In this document: one piece after another, positions 53,072-64,000 of the stretch
How the letters are laid out: every line of letters starts with the position of its first letter
Position numbering within the stretch: the first letter of the stretch is position 1
Notes under the pieces: model-generated
The model's database searches: none
What the model was told of the DNA's origin: nothing
What the model saw: the letters and a program-made list of their open reading frames with translations, nothing else
Translations under genes and position numbers: made by a program
DNA from: Octopus vulgaris
Taxonomy: Eukaryota
NCBI GenBank assembly: GCA_951406725.2
Contig: OX597824.1
Location: 10,540,001-10,604,000, forward strand
Direction of reading: 5' to 3'
Length of the DNA: 64,000 nucleotides

Positions 53072-53950
53072 AGATGGTATAAATTTGACGTCTGACTTGC
53101 AGTATTCTATCTGGTAACATTCTGTTCAAAGTGAGCCTGTTGCTTAACAGGTGTCTCCAGTTGCCTATGATCATTTTGTCTAGTAACATTCTATTCAAGG
53201 TGTGTCTCTAGTTCTCTATTTGCAACCTGAAACATTCTATTCATACCTGTTGTCACCCAAGTGTTCCCAGTTTATTATTTGTAGTCTGGTTGCGATCTGC
53301 TGGTTGCAATCTGCTCAAGGTAACCCTCATCTTCACTGCTAAGTCTCAGGTTTTCTGCAAGTAGCAATTTAGGCATGTCATTCTACCATATTTAGAACAT
53401 GCTTTTATTTGACAGGATGTTATTAGTATAGGGATTTTTTTCCCATGGCATTATTGAAAGAAACATGATTAATTAAAAAGTAATTATAAAGCTAAAAGAG
53501 AAATTGAAGAAACATAATTTGAAATAGAAATATAATTGGGAAATAAAGGCAAGTTGGGAATGTGGTTATTAAAATTATGAGGAAGCAATTCAAGTAAGCT
53601 CTCTTTCAGTCAATACTGACCATGTATATGTGTGTGTAGGTCTGGGTAAAATGTTTTGAGGAAGATTGGCAATTGCCCATGCATGCAAGTCTCCCACTGT
53701 GTGTCTAATTTGAGGAGCAGAAGATATGAAAAAGATAATGAAAGATATGAGAAAGGATATCAAGAAACAGGCAGAAAAGTAGGTGTAGGCATGGTTGGAT
53801 AGTTAAAAAGATCGCTTTGCAACCACATGGTTTTGAGCTCAGTTTCACTGCACAGCACCTTGGACAAGTGTCTTCTATATAACCACAGGTATACCAATGC
53901 CTTGTAAATGAATTTGGTAGACAGAAACTGTGTGGAAGCATTCTCTATGT

Positions 53951-54727
53951 GAGCTGGCAGAAATGTTAACACGCCGGGCGAAATGCTTAGCAGTATTTCG
54001 TCTGCCGCTATGTTCTGAGTTCAAATTCCGCCAAGGTCAACGTTACCTTTCATCCTTTCGGGGTCAATTAAATAAGTACCAGTTATGCACTGGTGTCAAT
54101 ATAATCAACTTAATCCGTTTGTCTGTCCTTATTTGTCCCCTCTGTGTGTAGCCCCTCGTGGGTAGTAAAGAAATAGATATTTCGCCTGCCGTTATGTTGT
54201 GAGTTCAAATTCCACCGAGGTCAACTTTGCCTTTCATCCTTTCGGGGTTGATTAAATAAGTACCAGTTATGCACTGGGGTAAATATAATCAACTTAATCC
54301 GTTTGTCTGTCCTTGTTTGTCCCCTCTGTGTGTAGCCCCTCGTGGGTAGTAAAGAAATAGATATTTCGCCTGCCATTACGTTGTGAGTTCAAATTCCGCC
54401 GAGGTCGACTTTGCCTTTCATCCTTTCGGGGTTGATTAAATAAGTACCAGTTACGCACTGGGGTCAATATAATCGACTTAATCCGTTTGTCTGTCCTTGT
54501 TTGTCCCCTCTGTGTGTAGCCCCTCGTGGGTAGTAAAGAAATAGATATTTCGCCTGCCATTACGTTGTGAGTTCAAATTCCGCCGAGGTCGACTTTGCCT
54601 TTCATCCTTTCGGGGGTTGATTAAATAAGTACCAGTTACGCACTGGGGTCAATATAATCGACTTAATCCGTTTGTCTCCTTGTTTGTCCACTCTGTATGT
54701 AGCCCCTTGTGAGCAGTAAAGAAATAA
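53951..54727 (+). repeat. Head-to-tail tetramer of SINE B, 184 bp period
   Basis: tatttcg recurs at 53994, 54178, 54362 and 54546. Units 2-4 lack the 5' head. Confidence 0.95.
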
Positions 54728-55679
54728 GAAACTGTATGGAAGCAAACTGTAATGGTCAGCAGCAGATTACATGCAAAATATTGAATATATCGGTGCAGGT
54801 GTGGCTGTGTGGTTAAGAAGGTCACTTTGAAACTATTTGGTCGCTAGTTCAGTCCTTCTACACAGCACTTTAAACAAGTGTCTTCTGCTATAAACTCAGA
54901 CCAACCAATGCCTTGTGAGTTATTTGGTAGACAGAAGCTGTATGATAGTCCATCATATATATATATATATACATATATGTAATACAAATAAGAAAATGGA
55001 GAAACAAATTTGGTTTGTTCATCAACTTACAGATATTATAATGTTGGATTATTTACTCATTTTACAATACAATAAATTACTTAATTGCATTGCAATTAAA
55101 AACATTTATGTATTAAGAATTTGGGTACTTTACCAACAGTATATTGGATAAATGATATCCCATAGTGGGTTACACCCATAATCCCTATCTTACTTTGTAC
55201 TATACATATATGTACATATTTATGAGTGTGTGTTCGTTCCTCATCACTTCATGACTGGTGTAACTTAGCAGCTGGGAAAACGAAACTGATAGAATAAATA
55301 CCATACTTAAAGTATATACTGGGGCCAATTAGTTTAACGAAACCTTTCAAGGTGTCTTCCAGCAAGACTACAGTTCAATAGAAGATATGGGCCAATTTTC
55401 AAATGGTTAGGTGCAATTGTATTGGGGATGGATGCATATATCTGCACACACACACACACACACATGAACACTATGAGGAAATATTTTGCTGCTATTTCTT
55501 GCAGGTTAAGTAATAACCTTGAGACCTCACATTAACTAATGTGCTACAGGTGAGAACTTTGACATAGGGTCAGCCCATAATAACATAGATGTCTAAGTTT
55601 TTGTGAATAATAATGAGGAATAGTGAGTGATGTCTGAGATGTAAGGGTGGAGTGGTGTGAATGAGTTAAATGATAAATC

Positions 55680-56392
55680 AAGGGGAAGAAGAGTGAAAGA
55701 AAGAAAGAGAACTTGATAGAATGAATGTGAGAGCCACTGAGAAGCAGACGAGAAGTGAGAGAAAGAGAAAGAGAAACAAAGAGGTGTTGATAAGATTAGA
55801 GGGGTAAAGAAGATTGAATGAAAGAAAAAGACAGAGTGAAAGAGAGTGAGAAAGGGAAGAGGAAGAATGGGAGAAAGAAAGAAATAGATATCGATAGGGA
55901 GAGAGGGGGAGAGAGAAAGCAAAAAAGATAAAGTAAAAAACTGAAAGAAAACAAGACAACCCCCCCCCCCCGGATAGAAAGATTTGATAGGGGGAGAAGA
56001 TAGGGGTCAGAAAGACATTGACAAATACATTAGGTAATGAGATGAAAGAAAATGTAAGTAAGAGGGATTAATGGTGTTAGAGTAGAGTGATGAAGGAAGG
56101 AGAGAGAGAAATTGGAAGAAAGGAGAAACGAGAGATAGAGAAAAAGAGAAGAGAGAGTGACAGACGGACAGACAGTCAGAGACAGTGGAAAGGGGGTAAC
56201 AGTGTCAGAGTTGTAAGAGTGATAGGGAAGATAAAGAAAAAACAAGAGGGATAAGGAAAAAAAACTCTGAAAGAGTGAGAGAGATAGAGAGCAAAAGAGA
56301 AAAGAAGACAAAGAAAAGGGAGAGAAGCACATGAGATGAAGTAAGAGGCTGTAAAATAGATAGGTAGATAGATAGATAGGTAGGTAGGTAGG

Positions 56393-56439
<47 letters not shown>

Positions 56440-56456
56440 GTAGATAGGTAGATAGG

Positions 56457-56500
<44 letters not shown>

Positions 56501-56590
56501 CAGGCAGATAGACAGACAGACAGACAGGTAGGTAGGTAGGTAGATACATACATACATACATACATACATACATACATACATAGACAGAGA
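55680..56590. repeat. Purine-rich low-complexity tract ending in (GATA)n/(TACA)n
   Basis: Direct inspection. Confidence 0.9.
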
Positions 56591-56890
56591 GAAGTAATAA
56601 GGAGAAGTTAAAATGACTGGAGAGCAATAAAAGCAGGTGATAAAAAAGGAAGCAACCACAGAAGAAATAGTAAAGCTGTTAACAATGAGCAGAAAGAGGT
56701 ATAAAACAAAAGTAGAAGAAAAGGTTTCAGCATTGTTGAGGCAACAGAGAAGCCAACGACTGTTACAATAACAGAAAGAGGTGGAAGGAGATGAGAATTA
56801 GAAATAAACACTTAAATCATTATGGGAGAAGATGTACACACATATACACACACACAAATATATAATAGCTATACCCTGTCAGGGTCTCCT

Positions 56891-57429
56891 TTAACCCTTT
56901 CGTTGCTATATTTCTGTTGAGATGCTCTGTATTTCGTTCAATTTATTTTAGATATACAAAGATTCGAGTGAGGTCGTTGCCGGTGCTGTAGGACTGGCTC
57001 CTGTGCCGGTGGCATGTAAAAAACACCATTTGAGCATGGCCATTGCCAGTACTTCCTGACAGGGCCTCGTGCCGGTGACATGTAAAAGCACCCACTACAC
57101 TCTCGGAGTGGTTGGCGTTAGGAAGGGCATCCAGCTGTAGAAACTCTGCCAGATCGAGATTGGAGCCTGGTGCAGCCATCTGGTTCACCTGTCCTCAGTC
57201 AAATCGTCCAACCCATGCTAGCATGGAAATCAGACATCAAACGATGATGATGATGATGATGATGATGAAAGAATTTAGTAAAATAACTTGGTTATCATTA
57301 AGCTAGTGTTAGGAACATAAATTGTGACTAAGGTTTGGTGGAAGATTTTAATTCAAGATTTACAAAAACAAGACATTTGTACTACAGAGCCAGAGCCAGT
57401 TTCAGCCAGGTTTGTATCAAAAGGGTTAA
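56891..57429. mobile_element. Complete MITE M1 (TTAA...TTAA) interrupted by a family A retroposon at 56963-57267
   Basis: TTAA-cccttt ... aaaggg-TTAA; the insert is flanked by aaaga. Confidence 0.88.
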
Positions 57430-59520
57430 ACTGGCAGCTACAAAGTCTATTTCACCTGGCATACTGATAGAAACAGCATGGCATTACTGGCATGGATGTA
57501 GAGTTCATTTTCACATATGTTAATGAAATCATAAATGAAAATTGAAAAGAGAAGCTAGCCAAGTATTAAGCCACAGGGGACTGATTTTACCAGATGAATG
57601 ACAGATCAGGATCAACCTCAAAATTTACTTCATCAGTTTCCATTTTCATGTAAACTGTGTCAAAAAAAGAAAAGAAAAACTGCCTTCTACAAATGAGTTA
57701 ATTTTTCAGAAAGTAACCATGTAGTTGTTTGAGGATCAATAAATTACTTATTCCATTACTTTGCTGACAATACTGAGAGATGCTAGAAATCCAGCAGTCT
57801 GGTGGTTCAAGCCTCTATTTACAAATGTGATCTTACACTAGTCTGGAATTATGCCAGTAAAGCAAAAGTGAAAGTGAAAGAGGCTCTGGTAGAGACTAAC
57901 TAGTTCTTTGCAACATTCTTTCAGAACTTTGGCTTTGTAGAATTTGATCACAAATTCTACTTTGCCATAGTGATTTTAATACAAGGATTGTGTCTTGCAG
58001 TGTTGTATAAGAAGATTACTTGATGTTTAGTTGTTAGTCATCAGCATTTGACATATAACACTTTGGTTGAAGATATTGGTTTTTGCCAACTGTCAATGTG
58101 TATTCAGTAGCTATGTTCAATGTCTGGAATATACACGTGGCAAGTTCTAGAGAGACAGTGTTTATAATGCTCTATAAATTTTTGCTGCAGAAATTAATCT
58201 TTGTCAGGTTTTTCTTCAGTCTGGCATCGTCGTGTTTTCTTTCTGACTCACTTTGTACTTGATTGTTGTTATCCTTGTTTGTGTAAACATTTTTCTATTC
58301 ACTGGTGTGCAACTCTTCTTCAGTCAGCAGAAGGAATGTCATTGAATTAAGTTTTGTCTCCTGTTTTTTCACTTTGATAACTTAAGCATTCAGATTACTC
58401 TGACAAATGTAAAACTTATTTATTCACACAGGTATGAATTAACCCTGAATTATCTTGTACCTTTGAGATTTCAATGATGTGATTGATTATTTTTAGAATG
58501 ATATTATGGCGGTTTGTTTATTCTACCTTAAGCTTTCTCTTAGGTTATATTATTTTATTTGGCTTTTTTCTGTGTAAGGGAGAATATAATGATTAAACGT
58601 CACTTATACTTAAGTGTTACCATTATACCTAAAACCCTAACTACAGTATATAACGTCATAGAGACATATACACATGAAACGCTATGAATATTAATGACAT
58701 GTATGTTGAATATTTTCTTCGTGTCCTTTTAACCTCTATAAGAAAATATAAATTAAGGATTACAGAAATGCATACTTATTTATGCTCAGTTGAAAAAACA
58801 AACGTGAAGAGAAACATTTTCTTAATTATTTTTATTATATAAATACAACATTTTATGTTATTTACAGTAGGAAAGAAAGATAATTTTGTCGTGTAGAAGA
58901 ACAACTATAAATTCATTAACTAATTCTTATTTCTAACTAATACATTAATCAACAAATCAAAATAGACTTGTGATTAACTTTAGACATGGCATGCGAATTA
59001 CCGATGTCTCAAAAGAGTGAGTGTCGTGGAGTTTAGTGACATCCAACAAACATTGAAGTTTTTCCCAAAATCCAGAGTTTTTATAACTGCTCAACTTGAC
59101 TTAAAAGAATTGAAATCCATTACAAATATTCTTTACGAAACTTTTAGAATCTTTATATGAGCAGTTATAATGGAAAAAACGAAAATAATAATTCTTCGGC
59201 AAAGACATTACATCATATTGCCAATTCGTGCCATATTTCAAAATGGCTAAAATGTTTATTGCTACAATATTGTATGGTAGGTATGAGAGGCCAGATATAG
59301 CTGGTTTGAACATGATACAGGTAGAATATTTTGGCCAGATATGACCTGTTTAAATTCTAAAAGATTGAGGACTTTGGGATAAAGTGTTTTTACATATCGT
59401 GTTTTATGTGGCATGGTCATGCCTGTGGTAATCAAGTTTATTTCAAAGTCAACTGCATGGTTCTGGGTTTGATCTTATTATGTGATGCTTAGAAAAATTT
59501 CCTTTAAATATCTTCTGAGT

Positions 59521-60270
59521 AGTCTGCGTGGTAAGTAGCTTGCTTACCAACCACATAGTTCCAGGTTCAGTCCCACTACGTGGCAACTTGGGCAAGTGTC
59601 TTCTACTATAGCCTCGGGCCGATCAAAACCTTGTGAGTGGATTTGGTTGATGGAAACTGAAAGCCCGTCGTATATATGTATATATATATATATGTGTATG
59701 TGTATGTGTGTGTATATGTTTGTGTGCCTGTGTTTGTCCTCCCAACATCACTTGACAACAGATGCTGGTGTGTTTACGTCCCTGTAACTTAGCGGTTTGT
59801 CAAAAGAGACCGATGGAATAAGTACTAGGCTTACAAAGAATAAGTCCCAGGATCGATTTGCTCGACTAAAGGTGGTGCCCCAGCATGGCCACAGTCAAAT
59901 GACTGAAACAAGTAAAAGAGTAAAAAGAGTAAAAGAGTAAATCGAACCCAGTACTTTTTTTTTTAAAAGCCTGGTACTTATTCTATCTGTTTCTTTTGCC
60001 AAATTACTAAGTTATAGGGATGTATACAAACCAACCCCAGTTGTCGAGCAGTAGTGGGAGGCAAACACAAACACAAAGATCTAGACACACACATATATAT
60101 ATACATATATACAACTTACTTTTTTTTTCAGTTTCTGTCTGCTAAATCCACTCACAAAGCTCTTTCTTGTCAGCCTGGAGCTATAGCAGAAGACACTTGC
60201 CCAAGGTGCCATGCTGTTTGACTGAACCCAGAACTGTTTCTGGGAAGCAAATTTTTTCTTACAACACATA
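59521..60270. mobile_element. Two SINE C copies tail to tail (+ 59521-59938, - 59941-60270)
   Basis: Match to family C on opposite strands. Confidence 0.8.
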
Positions 60271-60706
60271 AGTCATACTGATTACACACATATTTGTGCC
60301 AAGCAATATTTACTTAGTTTGTACATTGTGTAAGCCTTATTTTTTTTTAATGAAAATTGGCAGCTATATTGATTATTTTTTTTTTTTTGGTCTGAAATAT
60401 ATAGATATAACTCCCTAAGGAGTGCAGTTCTGTTGTTTCGCTAAGAAGAATTGATCTAAATTTGTGACTAAAGCAAAATATTTATGTAGATTGTGCACAC
60501 ATGACGCAAGTGTTGAGTCCTGGCATGAGATGTGGTGAGGTGGCACAGTGATAACTAGTAATTTCTCTGGAGATGTGAAATATTCCGTAACTAAATACTA
60601 TAGTTTCTAGGCATCTAAATACATAAATGAAAATGTCTATAATTTGTTTAACACAAGAACTGCTGGAAAGTAATTTTGTAAAGATGCAATGTGATATAAA
60701 GTTCAT

Positions 60707-61236
60707 TATCATCATCATCGTTTGACGTCTGATTTCCATGCTAGCATGAGTTGGACGATTTGACTGACAACTGGCAAACCAGATGGCTGCACCAGGCTCC
60801 AGTTTGATCTGGCAGAGTTTCTACACCTGGATGCCCTTCCTAACACCAACCACTCTGAGAGCATAGTGGGTGCTTTTTATGTGCCACCAGCACAGGGGCC
60901 AGTCAGGTGGTACTGGCAATGGCCAATCTCTCCGAGAGTGTAGTGGGTACTTTTATGTGCCACCCGCACAAGGGCCAGTCAGGCGGTACTGGCAATGGCC
61001 ACACTCAAGTGGTGTTTTTTACGTGCCACCTGCACAGGAGCCAGTACAGCGGCACTGGCAATGACCTCGCTTGAATGTTTTTTCCCGTGCCACCGGCACA
61101 GGTGCCAGTAGGGCAACGCTGCTAATGATCACGCTCGAATGGTACTTTTTACGTGCCATTGGTACAGAAGCCTGTTAGCTGCTCTGGCAATGATCACGCT
61201 CGGATGGTGCTCTTAATGCTCCACTAGCACGGATGC
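60707..61236 (-). mobile_element. Family A retroposon, older subfamily
   Basis: (atc)n tail and tandem units. Confidence 0.85.
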
Positions 61237-61648
61237 CAAAATCCCAGTCAATTAAGGGATTAATTCCACTGTGTAACATGATTTATGTCTTTGGCAACTG
61301 TTATTTCTTATTTGCTTACGCCAAGAAAGTATGAAAAAAGGGTTAATGTTTCCTTCAAACTTGGCTTTTGTTACATTTATTAAAACCCCAAAGAATCCCT
61401 TATTCAAATCCCAAAGCATCAACACATGGCTAAGATGCTCCTCAACTACTCTAGCTCATCGTCAGGGATGCACATGTCAATCACTAAGGGACATGCTCAA
61501 ATAGTTATGGTCAAGCAACTGAGAAGCAAATCTGTGGTATTGGATAAAATATTTGCTATAACTCTGAGCTGAATCTGTCTGAAATGTAATGGAAAATAGG
61601 TTAGCTTGTGTTCTTGAACAAAATTCTTCATTTCATGTTGATCTAGTC

Positions 61649-61914
61649 CAGTGGTTCCCAAAGTGAGTAGTATTGACCCCCCACCCTTGGGGGGGGGGGC
61701 GTTGAAGAAAAGTGGGGCAATAATGGGGTAGCGATTCATGTAAAAACAACAAAATAATAGGTTCATAAGGTTAAGTTTTATTTGTGAAATACTGTTGCTT
61801 TGAATTTGCTTCAGAAAGAGGTCTAATTTTGTGATGGTTAGTTGGGGTGAGGATACTAGGAATGTGGCTGGGGTGCCAAGGAGTTGGCAGCCCAAAAAAG
61901 TTTGGTAACCACTG
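61649..61914. mobile_element. hAT (Charlie-like) MITE
   Basis: TIRs cagtggttcccaaa / tttggtaaccactg; flanks atctagtc / ctctagac. Confidence 0.8.
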
Positions 61915-61922
61915 CTCTAGAC

Positions 61923-62422
61923 CAAGGGTTCCCAAACTTTTTCAGGCTGCCACCCACTTGGTACCCAGAGCACATTCCCAGCACCTCACCCCACCAACTC
62001 ACTACCAGAAACGTAGACCACTTTCTGCAGCAAATTCAAAACAATTGTAATTTGCAAATAAAATTTATCTTAATCAATTATCTTAGGGTTTGTTTCTTTA
62101 CCTCCATCACAGCCTTTTGGCCACCCTATTATCACCCCATAAAGACCATTCCCTGTCAATTTCACTAGCTGTATCACAAAATTGATGAAGTCCTGTATCA
62201 GTGTGACACCCAACCACTTTTGAAGAACTGGCTTTGGGACTCTCAAAACCTTATTCAATTCTCACAATTTGGATTTTTTTTCCTAATTCTAGCTGCTGTC
62301 ACCAGCTTATCAATAATAGGGTGGCCAAAAGGTCCTCAACACGCCCTGGATCTCTCTACCACCCCACAAGGATCTTTCCACCACCTCCAAGGGGGCAGTA
62401 CCACTTACTTTGGGGACCATTG
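61923..62422. mobile_element. Second hAT (Charlie-like) MITE
   Basis: TIRs caagggttcccaaa / tttggggaccattg; flanks ctctagac / ctttagac. Confidence 0.7.
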
Positions 62423-62560
62423 CTTTAGACTAATCAGTCGTAAACGGGCAACTCTACAACAGACTAACCTTCCAATCATGTGGGATGCTAGCCTGCTCAC
62501 CAGCGTTCTTCTGAAAGCTAAAACAATGCAAAGCATGCATTGTGACCAGCAATGTATAAT

Positions 62561-62972
62561 ATATTTCTTTACTACCCACAAGGGGCTAAACTTAGAGGGG
62601 ACAAACAAGGACAGACAAACGGATTAAGTCGATTACATCGATCCCAGTGCATAACTGGTACTTTATTTATCGACCCCAAAAGGATGAAAGGCAAAGTCAA
62701 CCTCGGCGGAATTTGAACTCAGAACGTAACGACAGACGAAATACCTATTTCTTTACTACCCACAAGGGGCTAAACACAGAAAGGACAAACAAGGACAGAC
62801 AAACGGATTAAGTCAATTTTATCAATCCCAGTGCATAACTGGTACTTAATTTATCGACCCCGAAAGGATGAAAGGCAAAGTCGACCTCGGCGGAATTTGA
62901 ACTCAGAATGTAATGACAGACGAAATACCGCTAAGCATTTCATCCGGTGCGCTAACGTTTCTGCCAGCTCAC
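62561..62972 (-). mobile_element. Head-to-tail dimer of SINE B
   Basis: Junction gaaatacctatttc at about 62738-62751; flanked by the direct repeat accagcaatgtataata. Confidence 0.92.
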
Positions 62973-63587
62973 CAGCAATGTATAATAGCATCCAATAGTA
63001 TAGTCAAGCACATGATCATGTGATGTATACTTTAGGTATTCATAAATCTGAGCAAAACCAGATGTTGCTACAAGTAAAATATAAAGCATAGAAATATTCA
63101 ACGTATATGGTTCAATGACTGGTGTGTGATGTTTTAATGTGATAACGATCTAGATACACTTCTGACTATAAATGTTGAAGATAAGACAGATTACTGTAGG
63201 CTGTGTACATAATTTAGTTATTGGTATGTGTTTATCAGACACTTAAAGTTTCACCTTTTCTGCTTCTATTTTGACTATCTTTTAGTTAATATATTCTCTA
63301 GTTGTCATCTGGAGCCATATTACCTCTGCAAGTCCCCAACATATGTATCTTTTTTTTTTAATTTTATCTTTTACCTTTTAGTTGTTTTAGTCATTGGATT
63401 CAGTGTCTTTTACCAAACTGCTAAGTTATAAGAATGTAAACAAACCAACACTGGTTGTCAAGTGATGGTGGAAGCACAAACACACATGCATATAGATAAA
63501 CACACACATGCACGCGCGTACACACACACACACACAAACACACGCACACATTATACATGACCTGCTTCCACGCAATTTCTTATTTCT

Positions 63588-63820
63588 TATTTCTTTACTA
63601 CCCACAAGGGGCTAAACACAGAGGAGACAAACAAGGACAGACAAACGGATTAAGTCGATTATATCGACCCCAGTGCGTAACTGGTACTTTATTTAATCGA
63701 CCCCGAAAAGGATGAAAGGCAAAGTCAACCTCGGCAGAATTTGAACTCAGAACGTAGTGGCAGACGAAATACTGCTAAGCATTTTGTCCGGCGCGCTAAT
63801 GTTTCTGCCAGCTCACCACC
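63588..63820 (-). mobile_element. SINE family B nested in an old SINE C
   Basis: Match to family B. Confidence 0.88.
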
Positions 63821-64000
63821 TTCAATTGCTTCCATGCAATTTCTGCCAACCAAATTCCCTTATAATACATTGGTCAGTCCAAGACAGGGACTATAGCAGA
63901 AGACACTATAAAACCACATGATTGCAAAGTGAGCTTCATAACCATACAATACAGGAGACGATTATGACATTTTAGATTGTATTATTTGTTAATATGTTTC

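Overview
Eukaryotic, AT-rich, repeat-dominated DNA. The SINE repertoire and microsatellite load look like an Octopus (cephalopod) genome; this is an inference from pattern recognition, not a search. There is one convincing host gene segment: a single-exon CDS at 26031-27197 (+), encoding an uncharacterised type II membrane protein with glycosyltransferase-like motifs, followed by a roughly 5 kb SINE-free stretch that may be its 3' UTR. The rest is a mosaic of mobile elements: at least 5 SINE-like families, a 5'-truncated CR1/L2-group LINE with an open RT frame, decayed R4/Dong-like and Penelope-like remnants, hAT, piggyBac and mariner fragments, MITEs, two non-autonomous Helitrons and many microsatellites. 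Most ORFs in the supplied track are artefacts of these repeats. The most interesting signals are (1) a LINE 3' end and an abundant SINE 3' end that share a motif plus a covarying hairpin, suggesting a SINE-LINE partner pair that favours (TA)n; (2) two copies of a minimal type I hammerhead-ribozyme-like fold with a CUGUnGA core; (3) SINE multimers with the same self-complementary junction at two independent loci; (4) the orphan glycosyltransferase-like gene.
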